From: Candidatus Entotheonellaceae bacterium
GTDB taxonomy: Bacteria; Tectomicrobia; Entotheonellia; Entotheonellales; Entotheonellaceae
Direction: 5' to 3'
Length of the DNA stretch: 64,000 nt
Assembly (NCBI GenBank): GCA_965238075.1
Contig: OZ250173.1
Location: 2,528,001-2,592,000 of the forward strand
Position 1 is the first letter of the stretch, and the number at the start of each line of letters is the position of its first letter. Under the pieces are notes generated by a model, which was not told where the DNA came from, searched no databases, and saw only the letters and a program-made list of their open reading frames with translations. Shown here piece by piece: positions 27,261 through 36,822 of this stretch. Both the position numbers and the translations under genes were made by a program.

Positions 27261-28970
27261 CTAAACCTGCAAGGCTTCCGGCGCGGACACCCGCGATTCG
27301 GCAGGGCACGGCAGCATCACGCGCGCCCGGGTTCCCTGGCCGGGGGTGGACTCGAATACCAGGTTGCCGCCGTGGTCGCGCACCAGCGTGTAGGTGATGG
27401 CGAGGCCGAGGCCCGTGCCGCCCTGCTCCTGCTTGGTCGTGAAAAACGGATCGCATAGCCGTTCGACGTTTTCCTGCGGGATGCCGATACCGCTGTCCCG
27501 AACGTCGACCTCGACATCGTGGTCGTCCTGATTATAACGCGTGGAAACGGTCACCTGTCCGCTTTCTCCCGGCAGCGCCTCCAGGGCATTGGTGATGAGG
27601 TTGACCACCACCTGCTCAATTTGTTGCATATCGCCTTGCAATGGCGGCAGGCCGTCGGCGAGATCGACCTGGAAGTCGGTCGTCTTGGCGACGCGGTGGC
27701 GCAGCAGATTCACTGCCCGTTGCACCGCCTCGTTGACCTGCAAGGTGGCCTGCACGGCCTGCTGCCGGGGGCGCGCGAAATCTTTCAGATTGCTGACGAT
27801 GCGTTCGATGCGCTGCGCGCCGACGTGCATGTCGCGGATAAGCGCAGGCACGGTCTCGCGCATTTCCGCGTACGGCAGCCCGCCAATGAGAAACTCGCCG
27901 TTCTCGTCGTGGTAATCCTCCAGAATGTGCTGCGCATCGCCCCACGCCTCGGCCAGCACGCGCGCATTCATCATCGTCAGATTATTCGGGTTGTTGATCT
28001 CGTGCGCCACGCCGGCAACCAAGGTGCCGAGCGCGGTCATCTTGTTGGCCTGGATCAGTTGCAACTCCTGCTCACGCGCTTTCTCTTCGAGGCGCGTGCG
28101 TTCGTCGATCTCACGGCGCAAGTTGGCATTGGCGCGCCCGAGGTCGCGGGCGTTGGCGCGCAGGCGATTGAACAGGTAGACCAGATAGGCCAGCAGCACG
28201 ACGGCCACCAGATACAGCAGGATGCGGTAGGTTTGCGCCCGTGCTTCCATCTGGCTGTAGTACCGCAGCGAGGCGTCCCGCAGCGCTCGCACCCGTGTCG
28301 TGGTGGGAGCCGCCAGCAGTTGACGCAGCAGGGTATCCACTTCCGGCAGCACGTCGACGATCAGGTGCCCGTGCAAGGCCAGGGTGTGCAGATCGTGCTG
28401 TAACATGGGAACGCCGGTCATTTGGTTGAGCGCCGTCTTGATTTCGTTGCTGACGGCCCGCTGCGGCGTGCGCACAAAGCGCAGCATGGCGTTGGACAGG
28501 GTGCCGATGGCCGCGGCCACGGCGCGGTCGTTCACTGCCGTCTGGGTGCTGAGCACGTGGCCGGTGTGCAGGAAATACATCAGCGAGTTGCGCAGCAGGG
28601 CGTTGTCGGCCTTGAAGTATTCGACCAGCGTTTCCTTCTCCCGCACGGCGCGCGACAGTTCCGCGATGTGCCCGCCGATGGCCGCGGCAAGCTCCTCGGA
28701 CGCCGCCGCGTTCCAGGATTCCAGGTCTTCCAGGGCGCGGTACAGCCCGTCTATCGCTTCCGACAATGAATCGTAATGGGGTAACAAACCGGCGCGGGCC
28801 AGTAGCACGTCGCGGTTCAGTTCGGCATCGTGCACCTCAAAGACGTGCAGCGCCTCGTACATGCGTTGCCGCAAGCCCACATCCGGGCTTCTGCTCTGAA
28901 GCAACAAAAACGTCAACAGCAGCAAGAGGCCGGTGACGACCAGAAGCCGCCTCCATGGGATGCCCATCAT
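27261..28970 (-). CDS. Sensor histidine kinase with periplasmic DAHL-like helical domain
   Basis: TM, LNRDVLLARAGLLPHYDSL...FKADNALLRNSL, TM, AHEINNP, PFFTTK..GGTGLGL. Confidence 0.9.
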   Translation of the reverse strand: MMGIPWRRLLVVTGLLLLLTFLLLQSRSPDVGLRQRMYEALHVFEVHDAELNRDVLLARAGLLPHYDSLSEAIDGLYRALEDLESWNAAASEELAAAIGGHIAELSRAVREKETLVEYFKADNALLRNSLMYFLHTGHVLSTQTAVNDRAVAAAIGTLSNAMLRFVRTPQRAVSNEIKTALNQMTGVPMLQHDLHTLALHGHLIVDVLPEVDTLLRQLLAAPTTTRVRALRDASLRYYSQMEARAQTYRILLYLVAVVLLAYLVYLFNRLRANARDLGRANANLRREIDERTRLEEKAREQELQLIQANKMTALGTLVAGVAHEINNPNNLTMMNARVLAEAWGDAQHILEDYHDENGEFLIGGLPYAEMRETVPALIRDMHVGAQRIERIVSNLKDFARPRQQAVQATLQVNEAVQRAVNLLRHRVAKTTDFQVDLADGLPPLQGDMQQIEQVVVNLITNALEALPGESGQVTVSTRYNQDDHDVEVDVRDSGIGIPQENVERLCDPFFTTKQEQGGTGLGLAITYTLVRDHGGNLVFESTPGQGTRARVMLPCPAESRVSAPEALQV

Positions 28971-29995
28971 GATCCGTCCTCGACCGGGAGGGTCAACAAC
29001 TGTCCCTGGTATTCGCCGGTCAGCGTGTACAGGAACTGTACGATGAGCTCGATCTCCTCGGTGCGCAACGGCCTGCCGAGCTGTCGGGTGGCCATCAGGT
29101 CCACCGCGTTTTCCAGGGTCTGCACGCGTCCGTCGTGGTAATAGGGCGCCGTCACCGCCACGTTGCGCAGGCTGGGCACGCGAAAGACCTGCCGGTCTCG
29201 CTCGGCGCCGGTGGCGCCGAAACGGCCCGCATCATCGTCATCGCGCGGTCGGGTCTGGCTGCGAAAGATGCCGAAGCGCTGGAACATGTTGCCGCCCACG
29301 TTGACGCCCTGGTGGCAGGCGACGCAACCGTAGGATTTGAACAGGTCGTAACCTCGTTTTTCAGCATCGCTGAGTACGTCGGTATCGCCGCGCAGATACT
29401 GATCGAAGCGCGAATTGGGCGTGTTCAGCGAGCGCTGGAAGCTGGCCAGGGCGTGTCGCACGTTCGCCCGCGTCAGCCCGTCGGGGTAGGCGGTGTTGAA
29501 GGCGCTCACGTAGTCGGCGTTAGCCTGCAACTTGGGCAAAACGTCCGCCCAATCGCTGTTCATGATGGTGGGGTCGTGGATGGCGGCCTCGGCTTCCGCT
29601 TCGAGCGTACGGAAGCCGCCGTCCCAATGGAAGCGGGAGTTCAACGCCACGTTGAAAACGGTCGGGGTGTTGCGCGGGTGCAGGCCGCCCGTGAGGGTCG
29701 GCGGCCGTGACACACCGTCGCCGCCGCCCTGGTTGAGCCGGTGGCAGGTGGCGCAGGAAAAGGCGTTGTTACGCGACAGGCGCGCGTCGTGAAACAGCTT
29801 CTCGCCGAGGGCGACCTGCCCGGCATCAAGATCGGTGGAAAGAGGAATCGGGACGATCGGCTCGCTGTCCCAGGCGCCTGCCGGCGGCAAGGGGGTTTCG
29901 GCGTTCGGCGTCGGCGCGGCGCAGGCGAGGTGCAGCGCCATGACGGCCAGCGCGATTCGCACAACAACTGATTTGCCGATAGCCCACACAGTCAT
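28967..29995 (-). CDS. Diheme cytochrome c peroxidase-like protein
   Basis: CATCH and CVACH, RNTPTVFN, FHWDG, VPSLRNVAVTAPYYHDG, MATRQLG; ATGA overlap with the kinase. Confidence 0.9.
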   Translation of the reverse strand: MTVWAIGKSVVVRIALAVMALHLACAAPTPNAETPLPPAGAWDSEPIVPIPLSTDLDAGQVALGEKLFHDARLSRNNAFSCATCHRLNQGGGDGVSRPPTLTGGLHPRNTPTVFNVALNSRFHWDGGFRTLEAEAEAAIHDPTIMNSDWADVLPKLQANADYVSAFNTAYPDGLTRANVRHALASFQRSLNTPNSRFDQYLRGDTDVLSDAEKRGYDLFKSYGCVACHQGVNVGGNMFQRFGIFRSQTRPRDDDDAGRFGATGAERDRQVFRVPSLRNVAVTAPYYHDGRVQTLENAVDLMATRQLGRPLRTEEIELIVQFLYTLTGEYQGQLLTLPVEDGS

Positions 29996-30194
29996 TTCCA
30001 GCCCTTACGCATCCATGGTGAAACAAGGCGCGCATGCTAGGCAAGGGCGGTATGGCTGTCAAGTGTGAGTGGCCCAAGGTCGTGGTGATGGCGCGGTTGG
30101 ATTGCTCAGCACAACTTGCCGATGACACTTGAGGCGCTACAGCATGCGATTGGTAACGTGGCGCCATATATTCGTTCCATATCAGGAGTGAATT

Positions 30195-30842
30195 ATGACA
30201 ACGTCACCCGATCTGACGCTCCGCGAAGCCGCCGAATTGGCCGGCGTCACGAAAACAACCGTCGAGAAAGCGGTGGAGGCGAAGGTGATTCGGCCTCTGA
30301 CCCGCCCTGCGCGTTTGCGCGGCGGCTCGACGCGCTACGTGCCGTTGCGGGCGGTAACCTATTTCGCGGCACTTAAGCAGGCCAATCTTGTTGATCTGCC
30401 CGTGCGCCTCAAGAAGGCGCTTTGGAGTGGACTTGTCCGCCTGGGGTCTACGGAACTCGCACCGGTCGAATTCTCGCCGGGCACGGTTTTGCATCTGGAC
30501 GAGTTGGCCAACGAACCTTTCGAGGCGGCGGTGCGCTACAAGGCATCGCGGGACGCCCATATCGTGTCCGACCCGGAAACGCTTGGCGGCATGCCGGTAA
30601 TACGGGGCACACGAATCACCGTGTACTCGGTGCTGGGACGCTTGCAAGACGGCGACAGTATTGCCGACCTGGTGGCGGACAATCCCGACATCCCGCGCGA
30701 AGCGTTCGAAGCGGCGGCCATTTTCGCGCGTGCGCATCCCCTGAGGGGTCGCCCGGGCGTAATGCGGCGCGCCGAAGGTCATGACGCCGCATGCGTCTGT
30801 TTATTAATGAGTGCCTGTCTCCGCAAATGGCCCGCGAATTGA
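30195..30842 (+). CDS. DUF433 (VapB45-like) antitoxin with N-terminal HTH
   Basis: SDPETLGGMPVIRGTRITV; LTLREAAELAGV. Confidence 0.85.
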   Translation: MTTSPDLTLREAAELAGVTKTTVEKAVEAKVIRPLTRPARLRGGSTRYVPLRAVTYFAALKQANLVDLPVRLKKALWSGLVRLGSTELAPVEFSPGTVLHLDELANEPFEAAVRYKASRDAHIVSDPETLGGMPVIRGTRITVYSVLGRLQDGDSIADLVADNPDIPREAFEAAAIFARAHPLRGRPGVMRRAEGHDAACVCLLMSACLRKWPAN

Positions 30843-31093
30843 ACGCGAGCGGCCAGCATGTTGCTGAGCACCCTCTGGATTTCGGGGGGCGTGGCGACCC
30901 CGACCACCGTGTGTTGGAACGGTGCATCGCTCACGGACTGGTCATTGTTACCGAGAACGCTCGCGACTTCCGCGCGCTTGTCGCAGCCGAAGACCTTCAC
31001 CCTGGTCTGATTATCCTGCCCTGTGTCGGCCGTGAGCGGTCTTTCGCGCTTCTCCGAGCGGCGATGGACTATCTTGAAACGATGGGGAACGCC
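30791..31093 (+). pseudogene. DUF5615 PIN-like (VapC45-like) toxin, 3'-truncated
   Basis: MRLFINECLSP, IVTENARDF, HPGLIIL; after about 100 aa it runs into antisense parE. Confidence 0.7.
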
Positions 31094-31315
31094 GATGAAG
31101 CGCTTCATCACGACGAAGTAGCGGAACGTGTGCCCTGGCGGATCGAGGTCTTTGTTGGTGCGGCCGAGAAGGGGAGATGCTGCGAGAGTGTCCAGCGCCG
31201 CCTGGAACTGTTCGCGCAGCCGGCGAGCCGATCGGACGCCAAACGGCCTCACGGTGTAGGCCGTGATTTCCCTGCGATCAAGCCTGGCCGCCGTGGAGAG
31301 AACGACCCGACTCAT
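31094..31315 (-). pseudogene. ParE/RelE toxin, 3'-truncated
   Basis: [17 protein letters not shown]...LAASPLLGR...FRYFVV; lacks the final strands and runs into antisense PIN gene. Confidence 0.7.
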
Positions 31316-31608
31316 TCGGACGCTCGGCGTTCGGCTTCTTCCAGAGCGTCCAGTTCCTCTTCCCATTCACGGAAGAAGGTCTCGCCGTCCACAACTTCGC
31401 CCCGGTCGAGTTGGCCGGCGCCCTCCCGGATGAGCGTGCGGAGCCGCGTGAGCTCGGCTTGGCGCCGCTCTTGTCGATCTTCGAGCAGTCGCACGGCTTC
31501 CCTTACCACCTCGCTCGTCGACTGGTAACGCCCCGAGGCGACGCAGGAGGCGAGGAACTCAGCCTGCTGCGGCGTGAAGGACACGCTTATGTTTTCTCGC
31601 TTCGTCAC
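31312..31608 (-). CDS. ParD-family RHH antitoxin
   Basis: NISVSFT...[29 protein letters not shown]. Confidence 0.9.
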   Translation of the reverse strand: MTKRENISVSFTPQQAEFLASCVASGRYQSTSEVVREAVRLLEDRQERRQAELTRLRTLIREGAGQLDRGEVVDGETFFREWEEELDALEEAERRASE

Positions 31609-31724
31609 CTAAGACTCCTCCATCTGTGCATAGATTGTCTGACATTGTAGCACACGGCTTTAGCAAGGCGCACTTCGGAAATGGGTGTCTCTCTCCGCCC
31701 CGGGGGCCGTCCACACTCAGAACA

Positions 31725-32540
31725 CTACACGGCGACCGGGAACTTGATAAACGGGTGGCAGCGGTAATCCAGCAGGATAAAGTCCTCGAAGCGCAGGTCA
31801 AAGAAGGGCTTGCGGCGGATTTGGACGTGGGGCAGGGGAAACGGCTCGCGCTGCAGTTGGGTGCGCAGGCCGTCCACGTGGTCGAGGTAGATGTGGGCGT
31901 CGCCAAGGGTGTGGACGAAGACGCCTGGTTGCAGGTCGCACTCCTGCGCCACCATCATGAGGAGCAGAGCGTAGCTGGCGATGTTGAACGGCACGCCGAC
32001 CGCCAGATCGGCCGAGCGTTGATACACCTGCAGATCGAGCCGCTCGTTGGCGACATAGAACTGCATCAACAGGTGGCACGGCGGCAGGGCCATGTCGGGC
32101 AGATCGGCGACGTTCCAGGCGCTCACGACGATGCGGCGGGAGTACGGCTCGTTCTTGATGGTGTCAATCGCCTGGCGGATCTGATCGACGTGACTCTCCG
32201 TGATCTCGCCCGTCTCCTCGTCGCGCGCATAGCGCGGCCACTTGCGCCACTGATACCCGTAGATGGGGCCCAATTCCCCGTCATCGTTCGCCCACGGGTT
32301 CCAGATGGGCGTGTGGGCCGCCAGGCCGTCGTGGATGTTGGTCGAGCCGCGCAGGAACCACAAAAGCTCCCGCAGCACGGCGTCAAAAAGGACCTTCTTG
32401 GTGGTGATGAGCGGGAAGCCCTGTCGCAGGTCGTGGCGCGCCTGTAGTCCGAACAGGGACAGCGCCTTCATCTCCGTGCGATTGGCCCGCTCCACGCCGT
32501 TATCCAGGACATTGCGTACGAGTTCCAAATAGGCTTTCAC
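31725..32540 (-). CDS. thyA: Thymidylate synthase
   Basis: [39 protein letters not shown]. Confidence 0.97.
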   Translation of the reverse strand: MKAYLELVRNVLDNGVERANRTEMKALSLFGLQARHDLRQGFPLITTKKVLFDAVLRELLWFLRGSTNIHDGLAAHTPIWNPWANDDGELGPIYGYQWRKWPRYARDEETGEITESHVDQIRQAIDTIKNEPYSRRIVVSAWNVADLPDMALPPCHLLMQFYVANERLDLQVYQRSADLAVGVPFNIASYALLLMMVAQECDLQPGVFVHTLGDAHIYLDHVDGLRTQLQREPFPLPHVQIRRKPFFDLRFEDFILLDYRCHPFIKFPVAV

Positions 32541-32728
32541 GCCATCTCTCCAGCCACCGTCAACACACCGCGAAACATGGTATACTCCCCGCCATTCACG
32601 CGAGAGAACAGCACCGGCGCATTTTTCCACACCCCCTGTACCTCGTCAATGCGGGTTCCCTGCGTTCGCCTCACGTACTCAAAGTCGCCCACTCTTAACA
32701 GCCCAATCGAAATACGGAGATTTTTGTC

Positions 32729-33763
32729 ATGACGTTACACCCGCTTGCCATCCCCGCCCGTTGGCTAACCTTGTTGCCCTGCGCCATGCTGCTCCTGCCG
32801 TTTTGCCTCCCGGCATGGGCCGCTGACCTGCCCGAGGTGGTCGCGACGGTGCAAGACCAGTCCATTTCCGCCGAAGCGCTGCGCGACTCGATGCGCGGCC
32901 AGCTCCTGCAGATGGACATGGAGCGTTACGAGGCCATGAAGACCCAACTCGATGCCCTCGTCGCCGAGCGTCTCATCGCTTTGGAAGCGGCGCAACGCGG
33001 CATGAGCGTCGAGGAATTCGAGCGTGTCGAAATCTTCGCCAAAATGGAACCCGTAACCCCCGAGCAAGTCAGGAGCTTCTACGACGCCAATAAGGAACGG
33101 CTGCCGCGTTCGTTCGAGGAGTTGGAGGGGCGTATCATGGTCCATCTGCAGCGGCAGTCGGAGGCTCGGCGCCGCGAAGCATTGGGGCGCGAATTGCGGC
33201 AACGATACCCGGTGCGCATCGCCCTGGCGCCGCCCCGTGCTGACGTCGGCGCCGATGACGACCCATTTTTGGGTCCGCAGGACGCACCCGTCACCCTCGT
33301 CGAATTCTCCGATTTTCAATGTCCCTACTGCCGCCGCGTACAGTCCGTGCTGAAACGGCTCATGACCGCCTACCACGGCAAGCTGAAACTCGTCTTCCGC
33401 GATTTTCCGCTGCGGCAGATTCACCCGGAGGCGCAAAAGGCCGCCGAAGCCGCGCAATGCGCCAACGAACAGGGGCAGTTCTGGCCGTATCACGACCGCC
33501 TGTTTGCCGCCACCGAGTTGGGGGTCGAGTACCTCAAGCAATACGCCGTGGAATTGGACCTCGACGCCGAGGGCTTCAACACCTGCCTGGATTCCGAAAA
33601 ATACAGCCAAGAAGTGCAGAAAGACATTGACGATGCGCGCGTCGCCGGGGTGAACGCCACGCCGGCGTTTTTCGTCAACGGCTTGCCGATCAACGGCGCC
33701 GTGCCCTTCGAACGCTTCGTGGAGATGGTCGAGCTGGCGTTGGAGCGCGCCAACGGCCAATAA
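32729..33763 (+). CDS. DsbA-family thioredoxin protein with N-terminal SurA-like helical region
   Basis: Signal peptide; EFSDFQCPYC, FRDFPL, GVNATPAFFVNG. Confidence 0.9.
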   Translation: MTLHPLAIPARWLTLLPCAMLLLPFCLPAWAADLPEVVATVQDQSISAEALRDSMRGQLLQMDMERYEAMKTQLDALVAERLIALEAAQRGMSVEEFERVEIFAKMEPVTPEQVRSFYDANKERLPRSFEELEGRIMVHLQRQSEARRREALGRELRQRYPVRIALAPPRADVGADDDPFLGPQDAPVTLVEFSDFQCPYCRRVQSVLKRLMTAYHGKLKLVFRDFPLRQIHPEAQKAAEAAQCANEQGQFWPYHDRLFAATELGVEYLKQYAVELDLDAEGFNTCLDSEKYSQEVQKDIDDARVAGVNATPAFFVNGLPINGAVPFERFVEMVELALERANGQ

Positions 33764-33804
33764 AACGGTGGTGTCAGGGCAAAGAGAGGGGTTGAGGAGG
33801 TAGC

Positions 33805-34635
33805 ATGGAGGTCTCAGAGGCCCGGCGCCGTTTTGCGGCGTACATCGGGCGCCCGCCAGAGGACTTCCGTCTGGCCGAAGGCGCGCTTCTCGTTGCCCTG
33901 GAAGCCTATCCCGACCTCGACGTCGATTCCTATCGGCGACGCCTCGACGGCATGGCGGAAACGATCTCGGCCCGCCTTGGCTTGGAGCTCGAACCCCGCC
34001 GCATCGTGTCGCACATCAACGCCTGCCTCTTCAAAGAACAGGGCTTTCGCGGCAACCGCAGGGATTACTACGACACCCGCAACAGCTTCCTGAACGAGGT
34101 GCTGGACCGCAAGGTCGGCATCCCGATCACTCTCTCCATCATCTACCTCGACATCGGCCGCCGCGTTGGATTGCCGATCAACGGCGTCGGCCTGCCGGGA
34201 CACTTCGTCGTGCAATACGGCGCTCATCCCGAGCCGTTCTACATTGATCCGTTTCACGGCGGCAAACTTCTCTCCGAGCAGGACTGCGCCGCCCGCGTAG
34301 CGCAAATCCACGGCCAGGACCTGCCGTGGCAGGAGTCGTATCTCGACGCGGTCAGCGACCTGCACATCCTGGCGCGCGTGCTGAACAATCTGAAAGTCAT
34401 CTACGTGCGCAAGGGTGCCCACGAGCTGGCCCTCGGCGCCGTGGATCGCCTCATTCTCCTGAAACCGGATGTTCCCTCCGAAATACGTGATCGTGGCCTG
34501 TTGCGCGCTCAGCTTGGCCAACTGCGCAGAGCCCTGGAAGACCTGACCGCCTATCTGGAAGCTTGTCCCGAGGCGCCCGATGCCCCGGCTATGCGCCGCC
34601 ACGTCGCGGCGCTGCAGCGGGGCCTGCGCGGCTGA
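33805..34635 (+). CDS. SirB1/YchA-like transglutaminase-core plus TPR protein
   Basis: NSFLNEVLDRKVGIPITLS, GLPGHF, IDPFHGG, RVLNNLK, EIRDRG. Confidence 0.9.
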   Translation: MEVSEARRRFAAYIGRPPEDFRLAEGALLVALEAYPDLDVDSYRRRLDGMAETISARLGLELEPRRIVSHINACLFKEQGFRGNRRDYYDTRNSFLNEVLDRKVGIPITLSIIYLDIGRRVGLPINGVGLPGHFVVQYGAHPEPFYIDPFHGGKLLSEQDCAARVAQIHGQDLPWQESYLDAVSDLHILARVLNNLKVIYVRKGAHELALGAVDRLILLKPDVPSEIRDRGLLRAQLGQLRRALEDLTAYLEACPEAPDAPAMRRHVAALQRGLRG

Positions 34636-34773
34636 ACAGGCCGACGCAAGCGGCTATTTTTCGCTGGTTTCGCGCCCTCGCGCAGATATAATGAACCGCG
34701 TTTGCACCGTACCGACGGCACCTCGCAGGAGGCCGACAAACACGCGCAGCAGCGCGCTGCAAAGGAGAGTTGC

Positions 34774-36219
34774 ATGGCGCTCAGAACGCCACAGGAATAC
34801 ATCGCCAGCCTGCAAGACGGGCGCGTGGTCTACTACAAAGGGGAGCGGGTGAAGGACGTGACCAGCCACCCCACCCTGAGCGTCGCCGTCAAGCACGCCT
34901 GCATCGACTACGAAATGGCCGAGGACCCGACACACCGCGATCTCGCCGTTATCGACGACGCCCATGTCGGTGAAACCATCAGCCGCTACTACCATCTGCC
35001 CCGCGACAGCGACGACCTGCTCAAGCGCAGCAAGCTCATCGAGACCGCTACGGGCCTGGGCCGCACCCTGGTGGTGCTCATCAAGGAAATCGGCACCGAC
35101 GCCCTCTTCGCTCTGCACATGGTGGCGCGGCACATGGACGACAACCTCAAGACCGACTACCTGCCGCGCGTGCAGGCGTTTTACCGCCACTGCGCCACCC
35201 AGGACCTGGCCGTTGCCGTGGCCCAAACCGACGTGAAGGGCGACCGCAGCCGGCCGCCTTCGCAGCAGATTCATCCCGATTACTACGTGCGCATCGTCGA
35301 CGAGAGGCCGGACGGCATCGTGGTGCGTGGCGCCAAAATCCACACCTCGGTGATGACCAATTCCAACGAAGTGATCGTGCTGCCGACGCGCAACATGTCC
35401 GAGGCCGACCGCGACTATGCCGTGGCCTTCGCCATCCCCGTCGACACCCCCGGTCTGAAGATGATCTGCAGCCCGTACGGCGCGCCGCGGCACGGCAACT
35501 TCGATCACCCCATCACCTCGCAGCACAAAATGACCGAAACGCTGACGGTGTTCGACGACGTGTTCGTGCCGCACGAGCGGGTCTTCCTGCAAAAGGAGTG
35601 GCAATACGCCGGCGCGCTGGCCAAGACGTTCGTCGAGTTTCACCGCTTCACCGCCATTTCCTACAAGCTGCCCCTCACCGACACCCTGGCGGGTGCCGCG
35701 CAACTGATCGCCGACTACAACGGCCTGCTGCGGGCCGGCCACATCCGCGAGAAGATCACCCGCCTCATCGCCTATACGCAAACCCTGCGCGCCCTCACCA
35801 CGCAGGCCGCTCTGGCCTGTCGCGTGGCCGAGGAGGGCATCGCGGTGCCCAGTCCGCTGCTGGTCAACATCGCCAAGCTGCACTTCGCCGAGAATTATCA
35901 CGAGATGATCGGCGCCCTGCAGGACATCAGCGGCGGCATTCTGGTCACGGCGCCCGGCGAGGAGGACCTGCTGAACCCGGAGACGCGCCCCCTCATCGAG
36001 AAGTACCTCGGGGGCCGGGAAGGGGTGTCGGCTGCGGACCGCCTGAGAGCGCTCAACATGATTTCGGAGTTGACGGCGGCGGATTTCGGCGGTTATCAGG
36101 CGGTGCTGGCGATTCACGCCGAGGGGTCCATCGAGGCGGAAAAGATGACCATTCACCGCGAATACGATTTTCAGGACAGTCTCAAGCTCGCCAAATACGT
36201 GGCCGGCCTCGACGCCTGA
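34774..36219 (+). CDS. 4-hydroxyphenylacetate 3-hydroxylase family flavin monooxygenase
   Basis: EYIASLQDGRVVYYKGERV, AQTDVKGDRS, VRGAKIH, VFDDVFVPHERVF. Confidence 0.88.
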   Translation: MALRTPQEYIASLQDGRVVYYKGERVKDVTSHPTLSVAVKHACIDYEMAEDPTHRDLAVIDDAHVGETISRYYHLPRDSDDLLKRSKLIETATGLGRTLVVLIKEIGTDALFALHMVARHMDDNLKTDYLPRVQAFYRHCATQDLAVAVAQTDVKGDRSRPPSQQIHPDYYVRIVDERPDGIVVRGAKIHTSVMTNSNEVIVLPTRNMSEADRDYAVAFAIPVDTPGLKMICSPYGAPRHGNFDHPITSQHKMTETLTVFDDVFVPHERVFLQKEWQYAGALAKTFVEFHRFTAISYKLPLTDTLAGAAQLIADYNGLLRAGHIREKITRLIAYTQTLRALTTQAALACRVAEEGIAVPSPLLVNIAKLHFAENYHEMIGALQDISGGILVTAPGEEDLLNPETRPLIEKYLGGREGVSAADRLRALNMISELTAADFGGYQAVLAIHAEGSIEAEKMTIHREYDFQDSLKLAKYVAGLDA

Positions 36220-36285
36220 GGTGCGCCGCGCACGAGCCCCGGCATCGCCCGGGCCAACTCGTCCTAAGCCCAGAAGGGAAACGCT

Positions 36286-36786
36286 ATGCCATTTGATCCA
36301 GCGCTGTTTCGTCAGGTGCTCGGCCGCTTCGCCACGGGTGTAACGGTGATTACCACCTGCATGGGAGATTCCAAGCACGGCATGACGGCGAACGCCTTCA
36401 CGTCCGTATCTCTTGACCCGCCGCTGATCCTCGTGAGCGTTGACAAGAAGGCCGACATGTACGACTGGCTGATAGACTCTGGCGTTTTTTGCGTCAACAT
36501 CCTGCCGGAGCACCGCCGCGCCTGGTCCGATTGGTGGGCCGGCAAAGCGCCAAAGGACGCCGATCAGTTCGCCGACGTGCCGCACAGCGTGAGGGAGACC
36601 GGTAGCCCGGTGCTGGACGAATGCCTCGGCTTCCTTGATTGCAAGGTCTGGGCGCGCTACGAGGGCGGCGACCACACCCTGTTCCTGGGCGAGGTGCAGG
36701 AGGCCGCGGTGAGCGAGGACGAGAGTCTGCCGCCGCTGCTCTTCTTCGCCAGCAAGTATCGCAAGTTACAGGCGGAAGAAGGGTAA
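36286..36786 (+). CDS. Flavin reductase (HpaC-like)
   Basis: FATGVTVIT, GMTANAFTSVSLDPP, GGDHTLFLGEV. Confidence 0.93.
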   Translation: MPFDPALFRQVLGRFATGVTVITTCMGDSKHGMTANAFTSVSLDPPLILVSVDKKADMYDWLIDSGVFCVNILPEHRRAWSDWWAGKAPKDADQFADVPHSVRETGSPVLDECLGFLDCKVWARYEGGDHTLFLGEVQEAAVSEDESLPPLLFFASKYRKLQAEEG

Positions 36787-36822
36787 GGGCGCCGGCGCTG
36801 CGCCTGGCGGAATGGGCCGGGT

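Noticed and set aside
28967-29995. MauG (TTQ biosynthesis)
   Set aside because: Has the CcP-type Met region, and no mau genes are nearby
34774-36219. 4-hydroxybutyryl-CoA dehydratase AbfD
   Set aside because: Fe-S cysteine motif not seen, and the adjacent flavin reductase favours a monooxygenase
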